NCBI GenBank assembly: GCA_965263035.1
Contig: OZ253580.1
Location: 4,032,001 to 4,096,000 of the forward strand
Reading direction: 5' to 3'
Origin: Acidobacteriota bacterium
Lineage (GTDB): Bacteria; Acidobacteriota; UBA6911; RPQK01; JAJDTT01
DNA: 64,000 bases
A program made the position numbers and the translations under genes. The notes under the pieces were generated by a model, which saw nothing but the letters and a program-made list of their open reading frames with translations, did no database searches and had not been told where the DNA came from. Position 1 is the first letter of the stretch. Each line of letters starts with the position of its first letter. This document shows, piece after piece, positions 45,887 through 57,584 of the stretch.

Positions 45887-47062
45887 ATGGACATCGTCAA
45901 AGAACCCAAGATCGACTGGCTAGGCAAGCGGCGGCTCTTTCTGTGCGTATCCCTGCTGTTGATCCTGGCCGGGATCGTTTCCATCGTCATGAAGGGTGGG
46001 CTCAAGATGGGCGTCGATTTTGTCGGCGGAACGCTGGTCTACGCCCGCTTCAAGGAGGAGCCTTCCCTGGACCGGATCCGGGGGGCCCTTGCAGAGAGTG
46101 GGCTCCGGGCCGAGGGGGTGACCCGGTTCGACGATCCGTCCAAGAACGAAATCCAGATCCGTCTCGCCCGCATCGAGAGTGAAGAGACCACCGACCTGAT
46201 CTCGGAAAGCGATAACATCTTTCAGGCACTGCGCCAGGAATACGACTCGGATTCGGAGGGGACGGGCAGGGTGGATCTCAACAACCTCCCCCGGTCGATA
46301 CTCTCCACACGGCTCCAGGAATGGGATCCCGAAGGGTTGCGGGAGGATCCGTCGGTAACGGACCTTGCGGTCCACTACCAGGAACTGGCTTCCGGGATCG
46401 TCGACCTCAGGACCGGCGTCGGACTGTTCAGGGACTACTCCGAATTGTCTCAGGCGGGTCTTGGACCGGATGCGGTAAAGGCGATCGAGGGGAATTCGTA
46501 TCTCGGTAATTTCGTGGTGCTGAGTGTGGAAAGCGTGGGCCCCAAGGTCGGACAGGAGATGCAGGAGAGAGCCTGGAACGCCGTCTTCTTCTCGCTGCTC
46601 GGCATTCTGGCGTACATCACGATTCGGTTCAAATTCGTGCATGGCGTCGCGGCCATTTCAGCGTTGTTTCACGATGTTCTCATTACCGTGGGCGTCTTGT
46701 CGCTGACTGATCGGGAGTTGACCTTGACGGTGGTGGCGGCGTTGCTGACCCTGGTCGGCTATTCCATCAACGACACCATCGTCGTATTCGACCGGCTGCG
46801 GGAGAACGAGGTCCGAATGAGGCGATCGAGTTTCTACGATCGCATCAACGCCAGCATCAACCAGATCCTGAACCGCACCATCATGACTTCCGGATCGACG
46901 TTCGTGGCTCTGCTTGCTCTCTTCCTTTTGGGAGGACCGGTGCTCAACAGTTTCTCGTTCGCCCTGGTCGTGGGTATAATCGTCGGGACTTACTCGTCCA
47001 TCGGCGTCGCCAGCCCCATCGTTTCGGGCTGGTATAGGTTCAGGGAGTCCCGGCGCAATTGA
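45887..47062 (+). CDS. secF: Protein translocase subunit SecF with periplasmic insert
   Basis: GVDFVGGT, VGPKVG, HDVLI, GYSINDTIVVFDRLRE, GTYSSI. Confidence 0.97.
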   Translation: MDIVKEPKIDWLGKRRLFLCVSLLLILAGIVSIVMKGGLKMGVDFVGGTLVYARFKEEPSLDRIRGALAESGLRAEGVTRFDDPSKNEIQIRLARIESEETTDLISESDNIFQALRQEYDSDSEGTGRVDLNNLPRSILSTRLQEWDPEGLREDPSVTDLAVHYQELASGIVDLRTGVGLFRDYSELSQAGLGPDAVKAIEGNSYLGNFVVLSVESVGPKVGQEMQERAWNAVFFSLLGILAYITIRFKFVHGVAAISALFHDVLITVGVLSLTDRELTLTVVAALLTLVGYSINDTIVVFDRLRENEVRMRRSSFYDRINASINQILNRTIMTSGSTFVALLALFLLGGPVLNSFSFALVVGIIVGTYSSIGVASPIVSGWYRFRESRRN

Positions 47063-47088
47063 GAATGCGTTTGGGTCGGGTTAGACTC

Positions 47089-47117
47089 TTGACTCGCCAA
47101 AATACGGGTAGTAGTAT
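47089..47117 (+). promoter_or_regulatory. Sigma70 promoter of the tonB operon
   Basis: TTGACT-N17-TAGTAT. Confidence 0.65.
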
Positions 47118-47179
47118 CTTCGGCGTGTTTTCGGGGGGCTTACCTTAGGATCTTAGGGTCATAGAGAGGGCGGCTGACC

Positions 47180-47938
47180 ATGTTTGATCAACTCATCGAA
47201 TCTTCGGCGAATCGGCAGAGCCGAGGCAAGAGTCTCGTGTTCATGTCCCTGATGATCCACTTGGGCATTGTGGGGATCCTGATTGTGGTCCCACTGATCT
47301 ACTATCAGGGGCTCCCCGAGCAGGAACTCCTGACCATGTTGGCCCCGCCGCCGCCGCCCCCGCCACCGCCGCCACCGCCGCCACCGCCGGCGCCCATCAA
47401 GCGACAACGAATCCAGGTGGTCAAGCTGGATCCATCCCAGTTCGTGGCCCCCACCGAGGTGCCCAAGGAAATACCCGTACCCATGGACGACATCCCTGAG
47501 GTGTCCTCTCTGAGCGGTATCACCGGTGGGATCCCGGGCGGTGTTCCGGGAGGCATCCCGGGCGGGATCCCGGGTGGCATGATTGGTGGCGTGATCGGCG
47601 CTCTTCCTTCAGAGGCGCCGCCACCCCCGCCGCCGCCCAAGAAGAAGAAGAATCCGATTCGTGTCGGCGGAAACGTTCAGGCTTCGAGGCTGGTCCACCG
47701 GGTGGAACCCGAGTATCCCGAGCTGGCCAAACGGGCGCGGGTGTCCGGTATGGTCATTCTGCAGGTCATCGTCAGCGAAGGGGGCAATGTCCAAGAGGTC
47801 AAGATTGTCCGTGGACACCCCTTGTTGAACGATGCGGCCACTCGTGCGGTGAGACAGTGGAGATATTCCCCGTATCTGCTCAACGGGGAGCCTATCCCGG
47901 TCATCGCCACCGTCACGGTGAACTTCGTCCTCAGGTGA
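47180..47938 (+). CDS. tonB: TonB-like energy transducer
   Basis: TM helix with SxxxH (SLMIH), poly-Pro, GGIP repeats, C-domain PEYPELAKRARVSG...AVRQWRYSP. Confidence 0.9.
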   Translation: MFDQLIESSANRQSRGKSLVFMSLMIHLGIVGILIVVPLIYYQGLPEQELLTMLAPPPPPPPPPPPPPPPAPIKRQRIQVVKLDPSQFVAPTEVPKEIPVPMDDIPEVSSLSGITGGIPGGVPGGIPGGIPGGMIGGVIGALPSEAPPPPPPPKKKKNPIRVGGNVQASRLVHRVEPEYPELAKRARVSGMVILQVIVSEGGNVQEVKIVRGHPLLNDAATRAVRQWRYSPYLLNGEPIPVIATVTVNFVLR

Positions 47939-48007
47939 GGACGTTGTCTTGAGATCGCTTAGGCGCGAAATCGCAGTTCATTCAGGCTTATTGGGGAGGA
48001 CAAAAGA

Positions 48008-48685
48008 ATGGAAGTAGGATTCGTCGAGCTATGGGGCCATATGGGACTTATGGCCAAAGCGGTCGTGTTCGTCCTGGGCGTTCAGTCCGTGTGGTCCATC
48101 GCGGTGATGGCCGAGCGGTTTCTTCTGTATCGGGCGGCTCGTAAGCAGTCCCAGGAGTTTGCCCCGGCAGTCGCCGAGAGTCTCAAGCACGGAAATATCC
48201 AGGAAGCCATCGAATTGTCCGAGGTGAAGAAGAAGAGCCACCTGGCCAAGGTGGTGGCTGCGGGGTTGAGCGAGTTCCAGGCTCATCAGAGCTCCTCGGC
48301 CGCTATCTCGGGTGCGACCATCGAGGCGTCGCGGCGGGCGCTCCAGCGCGCGACGGCGGTCGGAGTCGAGGACTTGAAGCGCGGCCTGGGCGGTCTGGCC
48401 ACCATCGGCGCCACCGCGCCGTTCGTCGGGCTGTTCGGCACCACGGTCGGCATCATCAATGCCTTTGCCGGCATGAGCCAAGCCGAAGACACGGGTCTGG
48501 CCGCGGTGGCCGGCGGCATCTCCGAAGCTTTGGTGGCGACGGCCATCGGTCTCTTCGTGGCGGTGCCCGCCGTCTGGATGTACAACTACTTCACCGGAAA
48601 GATCGAGTCCTTCGTGGTGGAGATGGACAACTCTTCCTCCGAGCTCATCGACTACTTCCTGAAGAGGAGTTCGGATGGCAATTAG
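48008..48685 (+). CDS. exbB: MotA/TolQ/ExbB proton channel
   Basis: LATIGATAPFVGLFGT, GISEALVATAIGL. Confidence 0.93.
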   Translation: MEVGFVELWGHMGLMAKAVVFVLGVQSVWSIAVMAERFLLYRAARKQSQEFAPAVAESLKHGNIQEAIELSEVKKKSHLAKVVAAGLSEFQAHQSSSAAISGATIEASRRALQRATAVGVEDLKRGLGGLATIGATAPFVGLFGTTVGIINAFAGMSQAEDTGLAAVAGGISEALVATAIGLFVAVPAVWMYNYFTGKIESFVVEMDNSSSELIDYFLKRSSDGN

Positions 48686-49115
48686 CGGCGGAACGGGAGC
48701 ACAGAGCGGCGTCAGCGCGGAGATCAACGTGACGCCCATGGCGGATATCATGTTGGTGCTTCTGATCATCTTCATGATCACGACTCCCCTGTTGCAGGAA
48801 GGCGTCTTCGTCAACAAGGCGAAGGCGAAGAATGCGCAGGAAGCGGAAGGCGTGGAAGCGGAAGAAGCCACCACGGTGACGGTCACTCGGGATGAGCTCA
48901 TCTATATGAACAAGAGGCCGGTTCCGGACGAGGAGTTGGCTGATCGACTGTCGGAGAGGGCCGAGTTGGCCGGCGACAGGCCTCTGTTCATCAAGAGTGA
49001 CGTGGCGACGTCCTACGGACGGGTGGTGCAAGTGATCAACAGTGCGCGGGATTCGGGATTTCAGAAGATCGGGCTGTTGGTGGACCGCGAGAAGGTGCGG
49101 GAAAGGATATTCTGA
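48675..49115 (+). CDS. exbD: ExbD/TolR protein 1
   Basis: EINVTPMADIMLVLLIIFMI. Confidence 0.92.
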   Translation: MAISGGTGAQSGVSAEINVTPMADIMLVLLIIFMITTPLLQEGVFVNKAKAKNAQEAEGVEAEEATTVTVTRDELIYMNKRPVPDEELADRLSERAELAGDRPLFIKSDVATSYGRVVQVINSARDSGFQKIGLLVDREKVRERIF

Positions 49116-49118
49116 GCC

Positions 49119-49532
49119 ATGGCGATGCAAACCGGCGGCAAGGGCTCGATGTCCGACATCAACGTCACGCCCTATATCGACATCCTTCTGGTCCTCCTCA
49201 TCATCTTCATGGTGATTCAGCCCACCACCCAGTACGATCTGGAGGCCAGGGTTCCCGAGAAGGCGCCTGAGGACATCCCGGAAGACGTCATCGTCAAGTC
49301 GGACGCCATTGTCGTTTCAATCGATTCCCAGGGACTGCTGCGCATCAACCAGGATCCGGTGACTCTGGACCAGTTGCCCAATCGATTGTTCGACATCTAC
49401 AGTGCGCGGGCCAACAAGAACATGTTTATCCAAGGGGACCCGGACCTTTCATTCGGAGATGTGGTGCGCATCATCGACATTGCGAAGGGAGCCGGGGTGG
49501 GAGACATCGGCCTGATGACGCCGCAGGGATAG
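49119..49532 (+). CDS. exbD: ExbD/TolR protein 2
   Basis: DINVTPYIDILLVLLIIFMV. Confidence 0.92.
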   Translation: MAMQTGGKGSMSDINVTPYIDILLVLLIIFMVIQPTTQYDLEARVPEKAPEDIPEDVIVKSDAIVVSIDSQGLLRINQDPVTLDQLPNRLFDIYSARANKNMFIQGDPDLSFGDVVRIIDIAKGAGVGDIGLMTPQG

Positions 49533-49598
49533 CCATTCCTCCCGGTGCGACGTCCGGTGGATTCCATGGAACCTGAGAGAGGCAAGGGCAGGTTTGAG

Positions 49599-50399
49599 AT
49601 GAGTCAGATGAGTAGATTCGGTTATGTGCTGCTGGCTTTGGGCTTGGCTACGAGTACGCTGGGCTGCAACCTCTTTACGATCCTGGACAAGCTCAGCGCC
49701 CGGGACGAACTCAACAAAGGCGTGAAGGCCTACACCAGCCAGAAGTACGGCGAGGCGGTGGAGCACCTGCAATTGGCCACGGAACTCGACCCGGGGTTGA
49801 TCGACGCCGAGTTGTATCTGGCCACGACTTATCGGGTCCAGTATGAGCCCGGTAGCCAGAGCATGGACAATCTGCAGATGGCCCAGAAGGCTATCCAGAT
49901 CTTCGAGAGAGTGCTGGCGAAAGATCCGGGCAATGAGAGTTCCATGGCCAACATCTCCGGTATCTACAACAGCATGGGCGACTACGACCTGGCCAAGGAG
50001 TGGTACCGGAAGCAGCTGGAGGCAAATCCGAGCAATCCGGAGCCCCTGTATGGAATCGGCACCATCGACTGGCAGCTTTCCTACGATCGGACCGGTATGA
50101 TCGGCGACAACGTGGAGAATCTGACCGACGAGGAAAAGGCCCAGGTGAATGCCACCGTCGATGAGGGCGTGGACGCCCTGAAGAGGGCACTCGAAATCAA
50201 CCCGCGGTACACGGATGCCATGCAGTATCTGAACCTTCTCTTCAGAGAGAAGGGGAAGTTGGCTGCTGACGACGAAGAGAAGTCCAACTGGGAGATGGAA
50301 GCCGACAAGCTGGCCCTGCAGGCTCTCGAGATGAAGAGAATGCTGGAAGAAGAGGCCGAGCGGGCCAAGCGCACCTTCACCGGCGCCGAAGCCAACTAA
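49599..50399 (+). CDS. TPR lipoprotein
   Basis: Lipobox TLGC; multiple TPR units. Confidence 0.85.
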   Translation: MSQMSRFGYVLLALGLATSTLGCNLFTILDKLSARDELNKGVKAYTSQKYGEAVEHLQLATELDPGLIDAELYLATTYRVQYEPGSQSMDNLQMAQKAIQIFERVLAKDPGNESSMANISGIYNSMGDYDLAKEWYRKQLEANPSNPEPLYGIGTIDWQLSYDRTGMIGDNVENLTDEEKAQVNATVDEGVDALKRALEINPRYTDAMQYLNLLFREKGKLAADDEEKSNWEMEADKLALQALEMKRMLEEEAERAKRTFTGAEAN

Positions 50400-50469
50400 C
50401 CGGCCCTGCCCACGGAACCGCTCCCTGGAGTTGCGTCAACCGGAATCCCTGAAACAGCCACCTAGCCTG

Positions 50470-50615
50470 CACCTGCCGGCAGGTTTCTGCCATGGCGGAT
50501 CGTGATGGATCCCGCCGTGTGTCTCACGTCGTCTACTAACCCCTTTCGGGACCGACCCGAACCGGTTTCCTCTCCTCAGCCGGTCACTTTTCCTGCAACA
50601 AACGCCTCCGGGCGG
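50470..50615 (-). ncRNA. Candidate structured ncRNA (recalls the Acido-Lenti-1 motif)
   Basis: Minus strand GGTCCC-GAAA-GGGGTT-AGTAGACGAC...GGCGGGATC/GATCCGCC, GGCAG-AAAC-CTGCC; family resemblance is from memory only. Confidence 0.4.
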
Positions 50616-50719
50616 TCTCCTTCCCCGTTGCCTGTCCGTGCCGATCATTGCCCGAGAACGCCGTCCCCGGGGGGCCATCCGTGGACCGCGAAGGTGTTAC
50701 AATACCGGGAACAGGCACC

Positions 50720-52885
<2,166 letters not shown>

Positions 52886-52910
52886 CGGCCGGACGCACGG
52901 GGCGTTCCGG

Positions 52911-53108
52911 TCAGTGGATGGCGGGCTTCAGAACGCGGCCGTTTTTCAGGCACTTGGCGCAGACGCGGATACGTCGGACGGTCCCGTTGATATTGGCGCG
53001 GACCCTCTGAAGGTTGGGGCTCCACTTGCGCCGGGTCAGATTGTGGGCATGGGAAACGTTGTTCCCGAACTGAGGCCCTTTCCCGCAGATCTGACAAACT
53101 TTCGCCAT
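52911..53108 (-). CDS. rpmB: 50S ribosomal protein L28 (Cys-containing form)
   Basis: [17 protein letters not shown]...PNLQ...CAKCLK; TTGACA upstream on the minus strand at 53157-53162. Confidence 0.97.
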   Translation of the reverse strand: MAKVCQICGKGPQFGNNVSHAHNLTRRKWSPNLQRVRANINGTVRRIRVCAKCLKNGRVLKPAIH

Positions 53109-53338
53109 CGTTCAATCCGCTCGCGAAGTGGAGTTTTACCACTCTAGTCCGGAAGTTGTCAAGCCGCTCCGGGTGCCGGAGAACCGTCACCAGCTACCGG
53201 TAGAATGACCTGATTCAGATCACTCGGTTCGGCGACTCCCCCACTCTGGAGCCAAGTGGCGCCATCCACCGGTCTCCGTGTCACGGTGATGATGTCGTGG
53301 ATCCGTCGCGGAGTTCGTTCTAAGGGTTGGAGTCTGAG

Positions 53339-54214
53339 ATGAAGATCGCGGTCATTGGTGCGGGAACCATGGGAAGAGGCATTGCGCGCGTCTGTGCGGC
53401 CCACGGACACCAGGTCTCGCTCAAGGATGTCGATTCGAACGTTCTGAGCAACTCCATGGAACTGATCCGGCGCGGTCTGGAGAAGTCGCTGGAGCGGGAC
53501 TCCGGAGAAATGGAATCCGTCGCGACGGTTCTGGATCGAATCCGGCCGACAACCGGCTGGGAGAACACGGCGGGAGCAGAGATGGTCATCGAAGCCGTCG
53601 TGGAAAAGTTCGAATTGAAGCGGGACGTCTTTCGTAAGCTGGATGACCTTTGCGGGCCCGGAGCCATTCTGGCCAGCAACACCTCTTCCATCCCCATTAC
53701 CCGTCTGGCGGCCGTGACGGAACGTCCGGAGCGGGTCATCGGCATGCACTTCATGAATCCTGTCCCCAGAATGAAGTTGGTGGAAGTGATCCGAGGATTG
53801 CAGACGGATCAGCAGACGGTGGATTCCACCGTGGCGCTGGCCAAACAACTGGGGAAGGTCCCGGTGGAGGTCCGGGATTTCCCCGGATTCGTGACCAATC
53901 GGATCCTCATGCCCATGATCAATGAGGCCGTCACGGCGCTGATGGAAGGGGTGGCCGAGGCGGAAGGCATCGATCGGATCATGCAACTGGGGATGAACCA
54001 TCCCATGGGGCCTTTGCGGTTGGCCGACCTCATCGGCCTTGACGTGTGCCTGCACGTGATGGAGGTCCTGTTCGATGGTTTCAAGGATCCCAAGTACCGG
54101 CCCTGCCCGCTGTTGAGACAGATGGTGGATGCGGGATGGTTGGGCCGCAAGACCGGCCGGGGTTTTTATGTGTACCCGGGCCATGGGGCTGGCCACCCTG
54201 GTGGCCGGCGCTGA
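53339..54214 (+). CDS. hbd: 3-hydroxybutyryl-CoA dehydrogenase
   Basis: [41 protein letters not shown]. Confidence 0.92.
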   Translation: MKIAVIGAGTMGRGIARVCAAHGHQVSLKDVDSNVLSNSMELIRRGLEKSLERDSGEMESVATVLDRIRPTTGWENTAGAEMVIEAVVEKFELKRDVFRKLDDLCGPGAILASNTSSIPITRLAAVTERPERVIGMHFMNPVPRMKLVEVIRGLQTDQQTVDSTVALAKQLGKVPVEVRDFPGFVTNRILMPMINEAVTALMEGVAEAEGIDRIMQLGMNHPMGPLRLADLIGLDVCLHVMEVLFDGFKDPKYRPCPLLRQMVDAGWLGRKTGRGFYVYPGHGAGHPGGRR

Positions 54215-54273
54215 AAGGAGCGGTGATGAAAGGAGCGGTGATGAAAGGAAAAGTGATGGAAGTACGAGTGATG
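54212..54273 (+). repeat. 15-bp tandem repeat of SD + GTGATG units
   Basis: TGAAAGGAGCGGTGA x2, TGAAAGGAAAAGTGA, TGGAAGTACGAGTGA. Confidence 0.85.
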
Positions 54274-55296
54274 GACCAGAAGCACCGACAACGGGCAATC
54301 GAAATGGCGTTGGCCCAGATCGAACGGCAGTTCGGGAAGGGTTCGATCATGAAGATGGGGGATCGATCCAGGATGGACATTCCTGTGATCCCCTCCGGAT
54401 CCATATCGCTGGACACGGCGCTGGGGATCGGCGGATATCCGCGGGGGCGGGTGATCGAGATTTACGGCCCCGAGTCCAGCGGAAAGACCACCATGGCTCT
54501 TCATGTGATCGCCGAGGCCCAGAAGACAGGGGGGACGGCGGCTTTCATCGACGCGGAGCATGCCTTGGATCCCAGATATGCCGCCAATCTGGGGGTGAAG
54601 GTGAACGATCTTCTGATTTCCCAGCCTGACTATGGGGAACAGGCTCTGGAGATTGCCGAAGTTCTGGTCCGAAGCGGGGCTCTGGACGTGGTCGTGGTCG
54701 ACTCGGTCGCGGCCCTGGTGCCCCGGGCGGAGCTGGAGGGTGAAATGGGCGATCCCCACATGGGACTGCAGGCCCGGCTCATGTCCCAAGCGCTCCGGAA
54801 GCTCACCGGCATCGTCTCCAAGTCCCGGACCAGCTTGATCTTCATCAATCAGGTGCGACACAAGATCGGCGTCATGTTCGGCAACCCCGAGACCACCACC
54901 GGAGGCCGGGCACTCAAGTTCTACTCCTCGATCCGTCTGGAAATCCGCCGGATCGCGGCCATCAAGGAGGGAGATCAGAACGTCGGGAACCGGACCCGTG
55001 CCAAGGTCGTGAAGAACAAGTTGGCGCCTCCCTTCCGCCAAGCCGAATTCGACATCGCCTTCGGTGTGGGAATCTCCAAGGAAGGGGAGCTACTGGACCT
55101 CGCCGTGGAACAAGGGATTGCCCAGAAGAGCGGCTCTTGGTTCTCTTACGACCGCGAGCGGCTCGGCCAGGGCCGCGAGAATGCCAAGCGGTACCTGAAA
55201 GACAACCAGGAGGCGTTTCGCGAGATCGAGCACAAGGTCAAAATCAAGCTGGGTATCATCAAGCCCTTGAAGAAGGTGGAAGCGGCCGGGAAATAG
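54271..55296 (+). CDS. recA: Recombinase A
   Basis: [48 protein letters not shown]. Confidence 0.99.
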   Translation: MDQKHRQRAIEMALAQIERQFGKGSIMKMGDRSRMDIPVIPSGSISLDTALGIGGYPRGRVIEIYGPESSGKTTMALHVIAEAQKTGGTAAFIDAEHALDPRYAANLGVKVNDLLISQPDYGEQALEIAEVLVRSGALDVVVVDSVAALVPRAELEGEMGDPHMGLQARLMSQALRKLTGIVSKSRTSLIFINQVRHKIGVMFGNPETTTGGRALKFYSSIRLEIRRIAAIKEGDQNVGNRTRAKVVKNKLAPPFRQAEFDIAFGVGISKEGELLDLAVEQGIAQKSGSWFSYDRERLGQGRENAKRYLKDNQEAFREIEHKVKIKLGIIKPLKKVEAAGK

Positions 55297-55302
55297 GGCC
55301 CC

Positions 55303-55376
55303 AGGAGGGGGGACATTCTTGCCCCCCCTCTTCATCGCCGACCCGGAACCGGCGGCTGGAAAGCCCCCGATCCCAC
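55303..55376. repeat. REP-like doublet, copy B
   Basis: Inverted copy of 6122-6194, starting a few bases after the recA stop. Confidence 0.8.
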
Positions 55377-55461
55377 ACCTCCCTGTTTTTCTGCCCGAAC
55401 GGCGCGGGTCGAATATCGTGGCGGCTTTTGCCGGTGGCTGCTAAGATCAGTCGGACCCGGT

Positions 55462-55536
55462 TCGGGGGTCGTCCAATTGGTAGGACAGCGGCCTTTGGAG
55501 CCGCCGATCCAGGTTCGAGCCCTGGCCCCCGAGCCA
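55462..55536 (+). tRNA. tRNA-Gln(TTG)
   Basis: TCGGGGG/CCCCCGA acceptor stem, GCGGC-CTTTGGA-GCCGC, GGTTCGAGCCC, CCA. Confidence 0.97.
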
Positions 55537-55600
55537 CTTTTCTCTTTCTTGAATCGGGTGCCGTATCGGCTGACGATTCCGCGCCGTACCGAAGCGGGAA

Positions 55601-57394
55601 TCAGCCGTGGTGGCCCGTCAGCGAGATCTCTCCTACAAAGCCTCTGGCGCCCCGTCTCAGCAGGGAGAACGTGTAGAGACCCGCCAGCAGGATCAGGCAA
55701 AGGAGTTCCAGGTTCGAGGGAGAGCCGGTCGCGGGACCCTCCAGTGCCGTGGCCTGGACCTGGGGCAGGATCGAGTTGGTCAGGTAACCCAGAGCCACCG
55801 AGAGCAGGATGATGGTGGCGCTGAAGCAGAGGGCGATCTTGCGGCCGTGGAGTCGCGCCAGGACACCGAAGGTGGTCACGTTGGTGGCCGGTCCGGTCAG
55901 GAGAAAGGCCAGCGCGGCGCCGGGCGAGACACCCTTCGCCAAGAGGACCGCGACGAACGGGGTGGCGCTGGACGCGCAGACGTAGGTGGGGAGCCCCAGT
56001 ATGGCGAATGCCGGGATCTCCAGCGCCGCGGGCAGCCGATTGAGCCAATTGGTCGGCAGGAACGCCTCCACCACGGCCGCCAGGATCAGGCCGAAGACGA
56101 TCCAGGGCGCGGTGTGGTCGACAGCGTCTCCGAATCCGTTCGAGAGACCCTGCCGGATTTTCTGACTCAGGGGTTGTGAGGTCCGGCTTCCAGGATTTTC
56201 CGCCACCGCCGGCAAGCTACTGTGGCGCGGGACCAAACGGCCCACGATCCACCCCACCAGAAGGGCCACCAAGGCGGCGGCGACGACGCGGACGATGGTC
56301 ATCTTTCCCCCCAGAAGGGGGATGGAGAGAAGAACCGCATCGAGTCCCAACTCCGGCGTGGAGATGAGAAATGCCATGGCGGCCGTGGCGGGAGCGCCAC
56401 TCCGGACCAGGGTCCGATAGAGGGGGACCACGCCGCAGGAGCAGATGGGGAAGGGCAGTCCGACGGCCATTCCCCGCATCGCCTGGTTCCACTGCCGGCC
56501 CCGGCGCATCCAGGCGATGGAGGATCGGGTCAGGAAGGAACTCATGAATCCCGCAACCAGATAGGCGATCAGCAGTGCGGGAGCCCCCTTCAGAGCCAAC
56601 TGGAAGAAGGTCGAGACGATTCGCTCACCTGCGGCCGCGTGAGGGAGATGTTCGAACTGAAATAGTGACGCCAGCAGTCCTACTCCCAGCAGCGAGCCCA
56701 AACCCGAGAACCATCTCTGCATTCCGGATCCGGCAGGGACGAGGTTGCCGATCTTGGTCCTCGTCTGGTGCAGGGTCACATGAAGTAGGAAACCTGCCAC
56801 CAGCGCCTGGAACCAATCCACGCCTTGGCCGTGCAGACCGGCCATGACTGCAGGCCCCCAGAAGAAGCCCAGGCCGGTGGCGAGCATGATGGGCACCATG
56901 GCGGCGGCCGCTTTCCAGGAACCGTATCCGGGCCGGAGAAGCCACCAGATGGTGAGGCCCACGGGGAAACGGTGCAGGATGACGGCCAGGGAGAGAAGAT
57001 TCCCCTCGGCTTCCGCACCGGAGGCGCGTGCGCTGAGGGCGGTGCCGTCCGTCGCCGCGTGGATGCAGAGTCCCAGCAAGCCCAGAATCAGGGCCGTCAC
57101 CTGCGCCCGGTTCGCTCCCTTGGGGAAGAACCGCTTGGTCAAGCTGGGAACGAGCATGCCCACCAGTCCGAAGAAGACGGCCTCCCAGTGGCCTCGGGAG
57201 AGGATCGGCAGCAGGATGCTCAAGAAAAGCACCCCCGGCATGGTCACGAAGATGAACCCATCCAGGAGGATCAGCATCCTCGCATGGGCTCGGACCAGGT
57301 AGCAGATCAGCGGACCCAGACAGAGACTCAGGAAGCTGGCCAGCAGCAGTTGAAATTCGCCGGGCCCCAAATCTCCCACCCAGCCTGTTGACAC
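55601..57394 (-). CDS. ArsP/DUF318-type permease fused to an N-terminal ZIP-like membrane domain
   Basis: C-half: PICSCGVVP, AFLISTP, PTYVCAS, FLLTGPATN; N-half: HAATDG, AVILHRFPVG. Confidence 0.82.
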   Translation of the reverse strand: MSTGWVGDLGPGEFQLLLASFLSLCLGPLICYLVRAHARMLILLDGFIFVTMPGVLFLSILLPILSRGHWEAVFFGLVGMLVPSLTKRFFPKGANRAQVTALILGLLGLCIHAATDGTALSARASGAEAEGNLLSLAVILHRFPVGLTIWWLLRPGYGSWKAAAAMVPIMLATGLGFFWGPAVMAGLHGQGVDWFQALVAGFLLHVTLHQTRTKIGNLVPAGSGMQRWFSGLGSLLGVGLLASLFQFEHLPHAAAGERIVSTFFQLALKGAPALLIAYLVAGFMSSFLTRSSIAWMRRGRQWNQAMRGMAVGLPFPICSCGVVPLYRTLVRSGAPATAAMAFLISTPELGLDAVLLSIPLLGGKMTIVRVVAAALVALLVGWIVGRLVPRHSSLPAVAENPGSRTSQPLSQKIRQGLSNGFGDAVDHTAPWIVFGLILAAVVEAFLPTNWLNRLPAALEIPAFAILGLPTYVCASSATPFVAVLLAKGVSPGAALAFLLTGPATNVTTFGVLARLHGRKIALCFSATIILLSVALGYLTNSILPQVQATALEGPATGSPSNLELLCLILLAGLYTFSLLRRGARGFVGEISLTGHHG

Positions 57395-57584
57395 GGCCGA
57401 TGCGCTCCTTTCTCTTACCCGTCCAGCATTTGGATTATATCTTGTTCGGGACGGCAGGCCCGCCGTCGCCGGACTGAGTCCATGGATGCTGGGGAAGGGT
57501 CGGAGGAGCCGGAGTCGAAATGATTCTCAGACCGGGAGAATTAGCCGTCCAAAGCTGGTAGTTTTCGTCCAGGAACGTGAACCT

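Noticed and set aside
47343-47640. CCG/CCA and GGCATCCCG repeats as a contingency locus
   Set aside because: They encode the normal poly-Pro and GGIP linker of TonB with mixed synonymous codons.
57400-57584. SAM or cobalamin riboswitch before the MetE-like gene
   Set aside because: No recognisable aptamer consensus.
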